Virus record (IMG/VR): IMGVR_UViG_3300042289_000155
Location: 1-32,352 of that record
Source of the DNA: a virus
Taxonomy: Duplodnaviria > Caudoviricetes
DNA: 32,352 bases
Strand: one strand, 5' to 3'
The notes under the pieces are model-generated. The model worked only from the letters and a program-made list of their open reading frames with translations, was not told the origin of the DNA and made no database searches. Below are positions 1 through 7,071 of this stretch, piece by piece (position 1 is the first letter of the stretch; every line of letters begins with the position of its first letter). The position numbers and the translations under genes were made by a program.

Positions 1-1
1 G

Positions 2-1891
2 TCTGCTAGGGCCGCAATGCAGCCGTCCAGTTTCAACGAGGCTGACAGTTCCGTTGAAATTGTATGGTCTACCGGATCACAAGTGCGACGGTATGACTGG
101 ATGGAAGGGCCGTATATCGAAGAACTTTCGATGAACCCCTCAGACGTAAATCTGGAACGCTTGAATCTTGGCGCACCATTACTTGCAAACCATCACGCAA
201 GGATCGACTCCGTTGTTGGGGTGGTCGAGCGGGCATGGATTGAAAATGGCAAAGGCCATGCAAAAGTACGCTTTTCAGATAGGGAAGATGTTAAGCCTAT
301 TATTGGCGACGTGAAAAGTGGTATTCTTCGCAATATCTCAGTGGGCTATGAAGTTCATGAGTACGAAGTAACTAAACCGACTGACGGAACGCTGCCCACT
401 TACCGGGCGGTTTCTTGGTCGCCGCTTGAAGTATCTTTGGTAGCAGTACCGGCAGATGCTCAGGCACAAGTTCGTAGTTCGGAAGAACTGCATCCTGTTT
501 TAATAACATATAGGAATGAAGCTATGGCTGATCCAGAAAACCAAGTACCGGAAGAAGTTGAAGTTATTCCGGCTACTGAAACTGTTGTAGAAACGCCCAA
601 TGTCGAAGAAATTCGCAATGCGGTTGTTAAGGCTGAACGCGCACGAATTGCGGGTATCCGTGAAACTGTTCGTATGGCTAAATTGGAAGATTCTGTAGCC
701 GATAAGCTAATCGAGTCCGGTAAATCACTGGATGAAGCTAAGGCTGACGTATTAAGAGCATGGAGTACAAAAGTGGACGCTACTGCAACTACTTCGCATA
801 TCTCAATGGGCGAAACTGGCTCTGAAAAGGCGCTGCGTGGCGCTGAAGAAGCCCTTCTCGCTCGCGCTGGCATTATCAAACATGCCGACATCGCTGGAAA
901 TGAGTTCCGTGGGATGCGCCTGAGCGATATGGCTCGAATCTCTCTTGAACGAGCCGGTGAGAACACCCGTGGGATGAGTTATGACGGCATGGCTACTATC
1001 GCACTGCGTCAGGGCCAGACCACCTCTGACTTCCCGGTGTTGCTCGAAAACACCATGCACAAGATCATCCTGAACGCTTACGGTACTGCGCCCGACACTT
1101 GGCGTCAGATCTGTAGGGTTGGTTCAGTGAGTGATTTCCGCGCTTGGAAGCGTCTACGCACCGGCACTCTGGCTAACCTCTCGGCAGTCAGTGAGGCTGG
1201 CGAATTGACCAACATGCCGATCAGCGATGCGACGGCAGAAAGCGTACAGGCCAGCCGTTACGGAAACATTATTTCGATCACGCCCGAAGTGATTGTGAAC
1301 GATGATTTCGATTGGATTGCATCTCAGAGTGCGGCTCTGGGACGTGCAGCGGCTCGCACCGTTGAGGCCGCCGTGTACACCAAGCTGCTTGCGAATCCGA
1401 CTATGAGCGACGGTAACGCACTGCTTTCGGCTGCTCACGGCAACATCCAGACCTCCGGCGCTGCAATCAGCGTAGCCACCGTAGACGCTGGTCGGGTTGC
1501 AATGGCCCAGCAAATGGACATTAGCAGCAATGACTATCTGAATATCAGACCGTCTATCCTGCTCTGCCCTGTCTCTATGGGTGGCCTTGCCCGCGTGACC
1601 GCTGGCGCACAGTACGACCCGGATGCAGCCGCCCGTTTGCTGGTTCCCAACAAAGTCGCGGGTCTTATCAGCACTGTTGTTGACACCCCGCGTCTCACCA
1701 CCGGCTGGTACTTGCTTGCAAGTCCGACCGATGCGCCTGTTCTGGAAGTTGTATTCCTTGACGGCAATGAGTCTCCGCGCATCATGCAGGAAGAATCTTT
1801 CCGCACGAAGGGTATCAACTGGTCTGTCGAACTGCCGTTCGGTGTTGGCGTAATCGACTACAAGGGTATCTACTGGAACGATGGAGCCTGA
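2..1891 (+). CDS. Prohead protease / scaffold / major capsid protein fusion (probably 5'-truncated by the window edge)
   Basis: Frame is open from base 2 (SARAAMQPSSF). HK97-type protease motifs LANH, ISVGY and EVSLVAVPAD, an acidic/helical linker (AERARIAGI), then a Mu gpT-like capsid domain starting TTSDFPVLL. Confidence 0.92.
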   Translation, partial: SARAAMQPSSFNEADSSVEIVWSTGSQVRRYDWMEGPYIEELSMNPSDVNLERLNLGAPLLANHHARIDSVVGVVERAWIENGKGHAKVRFSDREDVKPIIGDVKSGILRNISVGYEVHEYEVTKPTDGTLPTYRAVSWSPLEVSLVAVPADAQAQVRSSEELHPVLITYRNEAMADPENQVPEEVEVIPATETVVETPNVEEIRNAVVKAERARIAGIRETVRMAKLEDSVADKLIESGKSLDEAKADVLRAWSTKVDATATTSHISMGETGSEKALRGAEEALLARAGIIKHADIAGNEFRGMRLSDMARISLERAGENTRGMSYDGMATIALRQGQTTSDFPVLLENTMHKIILNAYGTAPDTWRQICRVGSVSDFRAWKRLRTGTLANLSAVSEAGELTNMPISDATAESVQASRYGNIISITPEVIVNDDFDWIASQSAALGRAAARTVEAAVYTKLLANPTMSDGNALLSAAHGNIQTSGAAISVATVDAGRVAMAQQMDISSNDYLNIRPSILLCPVSMGGLARVTAGAQYDPDAAARLLVPNKVAGLISTVVDTPRLTTGWYLLASPTDAPVLEVVFLDGNESPRIMQEESFRTKGINWSVELPFGVGVIDYKGIYWNDGA

Positions 1892-1907
1892 TAGGTAGCC
1901 ATCTTAC

Positions 1908-1930
1908 GGGGCGTTAAGCATTAGCGCCCC
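1908..1930 (+). promoter_or_regulatory. Stem-loop after the capsid gene (mRNA stabiliser or weak terminator)
   Basis: GGGGCGTTAA-GCA-TTAGCGCCCC forms a 10-bp stem with one G.U pair and has no U-tract. Confidence 0.55.
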
Positions 1931-1959
1931 AAACCCTAATCTAATTTGAGGATTGAAAA

Positions 1960-2325
1960 ATGGCTAATAATTTTGTTGCAGAAGGTGATGTAATTACTTG
2001 GACTAACAGCACTGGCAGTGCTGTAGTGTCAGGTCAAGTAGTTAAAGTCGGTCAGACTCTCGGTATCGCCGCCGTCGCTATTGCTAACGGCGCTTCAGGT
2101 TCCGTGTATTTGGAAGGTGTTTTTACCGTACCCAAAGTAACTGCCGCTGTAATCGCGCAAGGCGACCCCGTAATCTGGGACGTATCGGTTGGCAAGTTCG
2201 ACGTTAAGACTGCCACCCCAGCGACCGGCGACGTTTCCAACGCTGCTATCGCTTTCGAGGCTGCTGGTAGTTCGGCTACTACTATCAAGGTTCATTTGGA
2301 TCACCGTATCGGTACGGTAGCGTAA
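1960..2325 (+). CDS. DUF2190-like capsid decoration/cement protein
   Basis: MANNFVAEGDVIT..VVSGQVVKVG..G.A...IANGASG..EGVFTVPK pattern; follows the protease-capsid fusion; SD GAGG. Confidence 0.85.
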   Translation: MANNFVAEGDVITWTNSTGSAVVSGQVVKVGQTLGIAAVAIANGASGSVYLEGVFTVPKVTAAVIAQGDPVIWDVSVGKFDVKTATPATGDVSNAAIAFEAAGSSATTIKVHLDHRIGTVA

Positions 2326-2329
2326 TAAC

Positions 2330-2626
2330 ATGAGCGTCTTTGATTCTGCCGTTATTGTAGCAACTGAAGTAGAGTTTTCGGTGTTTGCCGATGCTATAAC
2401 AGTAAATGGGGTATCAGGCAGGGGAATAATAACGCCGAACACCGATTTGTCGTTGGGCGGCGGGGTTAATCTTTACAATGGCGCTCGGTTATGCGTTCTG
2501 AATGTTGAATTTCCGACAATAGCGGTTAATGCTAACGTCATTCATGGAAGTAATAGCTACATTATTGCTGAACTGGATGACGTTGACCCCTTCGGCTGGC
2601 GTCGGGCATTGATAGTCAGGAGTTGA
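2330..2626 (+). CDS. Putative head-tail joining protein
   Basis: 98 aa, beta-rich; position after DUF2190; C-terminal D..GW...L pattern of FII-like proteins. Confidence 0.6.
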   Translation: MSVFDSAVIVATEVEFSVFADAITVNGVSGRGIITPNTDLSLGGGVNLYNGARLCVLNVEFPTIAVNANVIHGSNSYIIAELDDVDPFGWRRALIVRS

Positions 2627-2628
2627 GG

Positions 2629-2937
2629 ATGCCAGACAAAGACCCGTTGGCGTATGACATTTTGACATGGGGCTGGGTTGTCTTTCTGGCTGTATGGGGT
2701 GGGATTGTTAACTTCTTGCGTAAAGTAAGGAACGGAGAAAGCAGAAAATTTAATTTTACCGAGTTGATCGGTGAAATATGCACTTCTGGTTTTGTCGGTG
2801 TAATGACATTCCTACTTTGTGAAGCGGCTGCAACCGATCAGCTATTAACGGCAGTTTTAGTTGGTATCAGTGGACACATGGGCGCAAAAGCCATTAGGTT
2901 TTTAGAAATGGTTTTTGAAAAAAGGATTGGGCAATGA
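2629..2937 (+). CDS. Phage holin (about 3 TM segments, LydA-like)
   Basis: MPDKDP..WGWVVFLAVWGGIVNF..GEICTSGFVG..LVGISGHMG; SD AGGAG 6 nt before ATG 2629. Confidence 0.88.
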   Translation: MPDKDPLAYDILTWGWVVFLAVWGGIVNFLRKVRNGESRKFNFTELIGEICTSGFVGVMTFLLCEAAATDQLLTAVLVGISGHMGAKAIRFLEMVFEKRIGQ

Positions 2938-3320
2938 TAATCCATGAAGTTATAGCTAAATTGGAAACTATTCCGGCGCTAGTTGGAAAAGTCTATTTAG
3001 GTGTTCCCGCACAGATGGAGTCTTTGAGCCAAGCGCCCTATGTCTGGATCACTTCCATTGCCGAGGCTGGTGGTGGAAGCCCCATTGCAGGGCCGGTACG
3101 TCAAAGAATCGAATATCGGTTTGAACTGACTACTGGTGCAAGAAACGCCGATGACATGGAAACGATACGCTATGCCGTCATGGGAGCCATGCTGAATTTC
3201 CAGCCCAATGCAGGATGCGACCCTATCATTTTTAGGGCAGGAAGAATGGAATTTGGAGATCCGGGCTGGTTTTTGTGGCGCGATGAGTTCCGCACATCCT
3301 ATTATGAAGATACACGTTGA
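2934..3320 (+). CDS. Putative tail terminator protein
   Basis: 128 aa; position before the tail tube; P.VWI..RQR..AMLNFQP..WRDEF pattern; ATGA overlap with the holin. Confidence 0.7.
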   Translation: MIIHEVIAKLETIPALVGKVYLGVPAQMESLSQAPYVWITSIAEAGGGSPIAGPVRQRIEYRFELTTGARNADDMETIRYAVMGAMLNFQPNAGCDPIIFRAGRMEFGDPGWFLWRDEFRTSYYEDTR

Positions 3321-3328
3321 GGTGAAAA

Positions 3329-3502
3329 ATGGCTGATTTATTTGAAGGCATGGGCGGGAGTTACGCCCTAGACAAAGACGGGAACCGAGTCAGAGTTGAA
3401 TATACTATCGACAAATTAGATGCGCCTGTTGCATCTGAAGAAGTAGTACCACCTCTGGTAGAAGTAGTAGCGCCTAAAATCGTTAATTCTAAAGAGGTAT
3501 AA
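3329..3502 (+). CDS. Small hypothetical protein, 57 aa (not in ORF track): MADLFEGMGGSYALDKDGNRVRVE...
   Basis: SD GAGGTG, ATG 3329, TAA 3502; fills the gap between terminator and tube genes exactly. Confidence 0.8.
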   Translation: MADLFEGMGGSYALDKDGNRVRVEYTIDKLDAPVASEEVVPPLVEVVAPKIVNSKEV

Positions 3503-3505
3503 CAA

Positions 3506-4666
3506 ATGGCAACTAGACTTTATACCCGCAATGCCGTATTGCTGGCTAAAATTGAAACAACTGAAGGTACTGATCCTTCCCCTACTGGCGCAGCTAACGC
3601 TATTCTTTGTAGTGAACTTTCAGTATCCCCGCTGGAAGGCTCTACCGTTGATTTAGCATACATCCGACCCTACTTTGGCAAGTCACCTTCCCTACGGGTA
3701 GAGGACTTTGTAACCATTTCGCTGACTTGCGATCTGGCTGGTACTGCATCTGCTGGTACTGCTGCTCCTTGGGGGCCGCTGATTCGCGCTTGCGGTATGG
3801 CTGAAACACTGCTTGCTTCCGGCAACACTGGTACAGCCACAGCGTCAACCACTACGTCAATAACTTTGGCCGCTGGCGCGTCTGCCACCGATGGTGTCTA
3901 TGTCGGTGCGTCAATTACGATGGCTGGGCAGACCCGTACCATCAGCGCGTACAACGGTACTACCAAAATAGCTACTGTCAGTAAGGCTTATGTTTCAGCA
4001 CCGACGGCTGGCGCATATACTATCTCACTCAATGCGACGTACTCCCCAGTATCCACTGCGTTTGAGTCGATTACCCTGTACTTTAACCAGAATGGTGTAA
4101 GACACAAAGCGACTGGTTGCCGGGGCAATGTCTCTTTCGACCTTACCTCAAACCAGAGGCCCACCCTGAAGTTTACCTTTACTGGTAACTACAGCGCAGT
4201 GGCAGATGCGTCTGAAACTGGCGTCGTATTCTCAAACTGGCAAGTTCCGGTAGCCGTCAACTCCATCAATTCGTCTGCTCTGATTCAGGGCAAACAAGCC
4301 GATGGCAGCGCGACTGGTGTACAGCTTATGTCCTTCACTATGGACATGGGCAATGCAGTAACCCACCGGATGCTGGTTGGCAGTGAAAACGTCGTTCTGA
4401 CTGACCGTCAGGCACAGGGCAGCGTGTCTATCGAAGCCACTACGGTCGCTTTCAATGACTGGTGGTCGCAGGTAAGGGCTTCTACCAAGTCGCCTTTCCT
4501 GATCGAGAATGGCACTGCGGCTGGCAACACCTGTGCAATTTTCTTGCCGAACGCACAGTTGACCGACCCGAAGTACAGCGATTCCGATGGTATCGTCATG
4601 CTGGATCAATCCATCTTGGCATTGCCGGTACTCGGAAACGACGAACTAAGGCTTGTGGTGAAATAA
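3506..4666 (+). CDS. Major tail tube protein with an inserted beta domain
   Basis: LLAKIETTEGTDP..P..G.L.RACGMAET..YSPVS..FESITLYF..GVRHK.TGCRG..ALP..GNDEL pattern; SD GAGGT. Confidence 0.85.
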   Translation: MATRLYTRNAVLLAKIETTEGTDPSPTGAANAILCSELSVSPLEGSTVDLAYIRPYFGKSPSLRVEDFVTISLTCDLAGTASAGTAAPWGPLIRACGMAETLLASGNTGTATASTTTSITLAAGASATDGVYVGASITMAGQTRTISAYNGTTKIATVSKAYVSAPTAGAYTISLNATYSPVSTAFESITLYFNQNGVRHKATGCRGNVSFDLTSNQRPTLKFTFTGNYSAVADASETGVVFSNWQVPVAVNSINSSALIQGKQADGSATGVQLMSFTMDMGNAVTHRMLVGSENVVLTDRQAQGSVSIEATTVAFNDWWSQVRASTKSPFLIENGTAAGNTCAIFLPNAQLTDPKYSDSDGIVMLDQSILALPVLGNDELRLVVK

Positions 4667-4667
4667 A

Positions 4668-5090
4668 ATGGGCGGCTTTGTCCTCGGACAAAAAAGCCTT
4701 GAACGGCTCAATGGCGTGGATCAAGACTTAGCAAAAGTCGTAAAACGCGCCATAGAGTTGTCTGAGGTGGACTTTCGAGTTATCGAAGGTTTGCGAACCC
4801 GCGAAAGACAGCAATATCTGGTGTCGAAAGGCGCTAGTAAGACCATGAACAGTAAGCACCTTACAGGTCATGCCGTAGATTTAGCGGCAGTGGTTAAAGG
4901 TGAGGTCACTTGGGATTGGGCGCATTACCATAGGATTGCGGCTGCAATGAAAAAAGCAGCCGAGGAATTGGGTATTGAAATTGTCTGGGGTGGGGCATGG
5001 ACGAAACTATCAGGTATGTCTATGACAAACGGACGATTCAAGTTATCATCGACGTTTCCTGACGGGCCTCATTTTGAAATAGCGCGTTAG
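4668..5090 (+). CDS. Endolysin, M15 family Zn peptidase (L-Ala-D-Glu type)
   Basis: EGLRT.ERQ, S.H..G.AVD and DGPHFE motifs. Confidence 0.93.
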   Translation: MGGFVLGQKSLERLNGVDQDLAKVVKRAIELSEVDFRVIEGLRTRERQQYLVSKGASKTMNSKHLTGHAVDLAAVVKGEVTWDWAHYHRIAAAMKKAAEELGIEIVWGGAWTKLSGMSMTNGRFKLSSTFPDGPHFEIAR

Positions 5091-5093
5091 GCC

Positions 5094-5172
5094 AGACAGC
5101 CACCATCTAATCGCGACCCGATTTGCTCCGGGCTGTCTACCACTCCCCTGCCAGTGGGCGATGAAGGCAGGG
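5094..5172 (+). ncRNA. Candidate structured cis-RNA (hairpin plus H-type pseudoknot) upstream of the tail chaperone
   Basis: Pairings AGACAG/CTGTCT, CCCG/CGGG, CCACT/AGTGG and CCCTGCC/GGCAGGG in a 117-nt intergenic gap. Confidence 0.55.
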
Positions 5173-5207
5173 ACTTATTTTCAACAACAGACAGATAGGT
5201 GTATCAA

Positions 5208-5591
5208 ATGGCATTTATTCTAAAGCCCAAAGCTGAAAGTTTCTTCTACAGCATTTCACTTCCGATTGTAACTGAGAGCGGCACTAGCCAAATTCAGAAG
5301 TTTGAATTTAGGTTCAAGCGCATTTCCAGATCTAAAATTAACGAATTGCAAAAGGAACAAGACAATGCAGCCAATAGCGATTTTGAAGTCGATAGCCTTG
5401 AGCGTGATGTTGATTACGTTATGGAAATTGCAGATGGATGGCGCTATGTTCAGGATGAGACTGGAAAAGATCTACCGTTTACCCGTGAAAACGTCCATGC
5501 TTTGCTAGACGCATACCCCAATGCCGCCGGTGAGATCGTTAAGACGTTCTTCGAGTGTACGCTGGGCGGCGGTGCTAAGAGAAAAAACTAG
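5208..5591 (+). CDS. Tail assembly chaperone (gpG-like)
   Basis: F.FRFKR, GW..V.DE.G..LPFT.EN...LL; ends in KRKN at a slippery site; SD AGGTG before ATG 5208. Confidence 0.88.
   Translation: MAFILKPKAESFFYSISLPIVTESGTSQIQKFEFRFKRISRSKINELQKEQDNAANSDFEVDSLERDVDYVMEIADGWRYVQDETGKDLPFTRENVHALLDAYPNAAGEIVKTFFECTLGGGAKRKN
5582..5588 (+). other. Programmed -1 frameshift heptamer A AAA AAC
   Basis: X XXY YYZ heptamer in the correct phase immediately before TAG; the -1 frame is open to 5953. Confidence 0.85.
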
Positions 5592-5953
5592 CAGACGCGG
5601 CAGAGCATTGGTGCGGTTCTGGATCAACCGACACCAAGGCTCTAGCCGATGATCTCGCGGCCTTTGGCCTACCTGAAGATGCTTTTGGCCCTGTAGAGGA
5701 ACTGGACACCAATTTTGAAGTATTCGAGGAAAACTGGGACACAGTTCAGGTGTTTATCGCCTGCCACACCCAATGGCGTAGAGAAGTACCGGGTATGGGC
5801 AGCGATTGGGTATGGTACGGATTGCGGTATCCAGACTGCGAATGTGTAATTCGTAATTACGGACACAAAGGCGCAAAGGCCAAAGAGATATTCTTGGGAT
5901 TGCAGGTAATGGAAAGGGCTGCATTGCCCATTCTCAACAAACCTAAAAAATGA
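5588..5953 (+). CDS. Frameshift extension of the tail chaperone (gpT-like, DUF1799-like)
   Basis: -1 frame reads LADAAEHWC..DDLAAFGL..FEVFEENWDTVQVF..TQWR..GLRY..LQVMERAAL and has no start of its own at the 5' end. Confidence 0.85.
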   Translation, partial: LADAAEHWCGSGSTDTKALADDLAAFGLPEDAFGPVEELDTNFEVFEENWDTVQVFIACHTQWRREVPGMGSDWVWYGLRYPDCECVIRNYGHKGAKAKEIFLGLQVMERAALPILNKPKK

Positions 5954-5963
5954 GGCGACCAAA

Positions 5964-6350
5964 ATGCAAGCTGGTGTATACGACATTCATATAGATCAAG
6001 GCGCGAACTGGTCGCTGAGTTTGACTTGGAAGGACGACACGGGAACCCCAGTCAATCTGACTGGGTATACCGCAAGGATGCAGATCAGGAAGGCTTACAA
6101 CGATTCGACTGTCAAATTGAGCCTCACATCTTCCAGCGGGATTGTCTTGGGTGGGGCTGCTGGGACAGTGGTTATTTCTGCCACCAAAACACAGACTGCT
6201 GGCATATCCGTCGATTATCTTTCACTGTTCTACCACGATAACAAACCCTCACAGAAGATGGTTTATGATCTCGAACTCGAAACGTCTGGCGGTGTCGTGA
6301 CTAGACTTTTACAAGGTGTAGCGTTCATTTATCCAGAGGTTACGCAATGA
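5964..6350 (+). CDS. Virion structural protein (Ig-like / BppU-N-like adaptor)
   Basis: IDQGA..PVNLTGYTARMQIR..YDLEL..GVVTRLLQG pattern; SD GAGG. Confidence 0.65.
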   Translation: MQAGVYDIHIDQGANWSLSLTWKDDTGTPVNLTGYTARMQIRKAYNDSTVKLSLTSSSGIVLGGAAGTVVISATKTQTAGISVDYLSLFYHDNKPSQKMVYDLELETSGGVVTRLLQGVAFIYPEVTQ

Positions 6351-7003
6351 CCAGTTATGTCGAAGTCATTGAAGGCTCGACAGCCTCAGTAACCATCGTA
6401 GAAGCCCCCACACCCACCGTAATAGTCACAGCCGCAGCAGAGGCTAATGTCGTAGAACTTCCCGGCTCTACTGGCCCAATAGGGCCACAAGGCCCACAAG
6501 GGCCGCAAGGTATTCAGGGCATTGCAGGATCTCCCGGTTACTACGGCGCATTTCAGGACGTAACGACACAGACCGTAACCGATCCGACAATAGCATATGC
6601 TATGCAGATAGGCATAACGGACGAAAACAATGGTGTTAGCATCATTGATGGCAGCAAAATAAAGTTTAACTACGCAGGTGTTTATAACATTCAATTTAGC
6701 GCACAGATAGTCAACCCGCAATCCAACATCTATAACGTATTTATCTGGTTTAGAAAAAACGGCATAGATATTGTGGATAGCTGTAGTGACTTGTCTGTTA
6801 CCGCAAAGCATGGCGGTAAAAATGGTGCGTTGGTTGCTGCATGGAATTATGTAACCTCAGTAAATGCAAACGACTATGTGCAAATAATGTGGGGCGCAGA
6901 TCATGAGAATCTTGCGCTTGCCGCTATTCCAGCAGGAACCTCCCCTGTTCGGCCAAGATGCCCTTCCATAATTGTCACCGCCACCCAAGTTGCTCCCGGC
7001 TGA
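6347..7003 (+). CDS. Collagen-repeat protein with a C-terminal C1q/TNF-like head (short fibre or whisker)
   Basis: 8 Gly-X-Y triplets at 6464-6538, followed by YYGAF.D..GVYNIQFSAQ..WFRKNG..DYVQIMW. Confidence 0.7.
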   Translation: MTSYVEVIEGSTASVTIVEAPTPTVIVTAAAEANVVELPGSTGPIGPQGPQGPQGIQGIAGSPGYYGAFQDVTTQTVTDPTIAYAMQIGITDENNGVSIIDGSKIKFNYAGVYNIQFSAQIVNPQSNIYNVFIWFRKNGIDIVDSCSDLSVTAKHGGKNGALVAAWNYVTSVNANDYVQIMWGADHENLALAAIPAGTSPVRPRCPSIIVTATQVAPG

Positions 7004-7013
7004 CTTTTTACCC

Positions 7014-7040
7014 TTGACCACCTGCCATTTTTGGTATACT
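7014..7040 (+). promoter_or_regulatory. Candidate sigma70 extended -10 promoter upstream of the tape measure gene
   Basis: TTGACC (7014-7019), 15-nt spacer, TATACT (7035-7040) preceded by TGg. Confidence 0.45.
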
Positions 7041-7071
7041 GCGGTGAACACCAAACACCGTAGGCCCAAAA

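Noticed and set aside
2623-2631. TTG-AGG-ATG (Met-Arg-Met) resembling a holin/antiholin dual start
   Set aside because: The only SD (AGGAG) abuts the TTG with no spacer and suits ATG 2629; the pattern is explained by the overlapping stop of the upstream gene.
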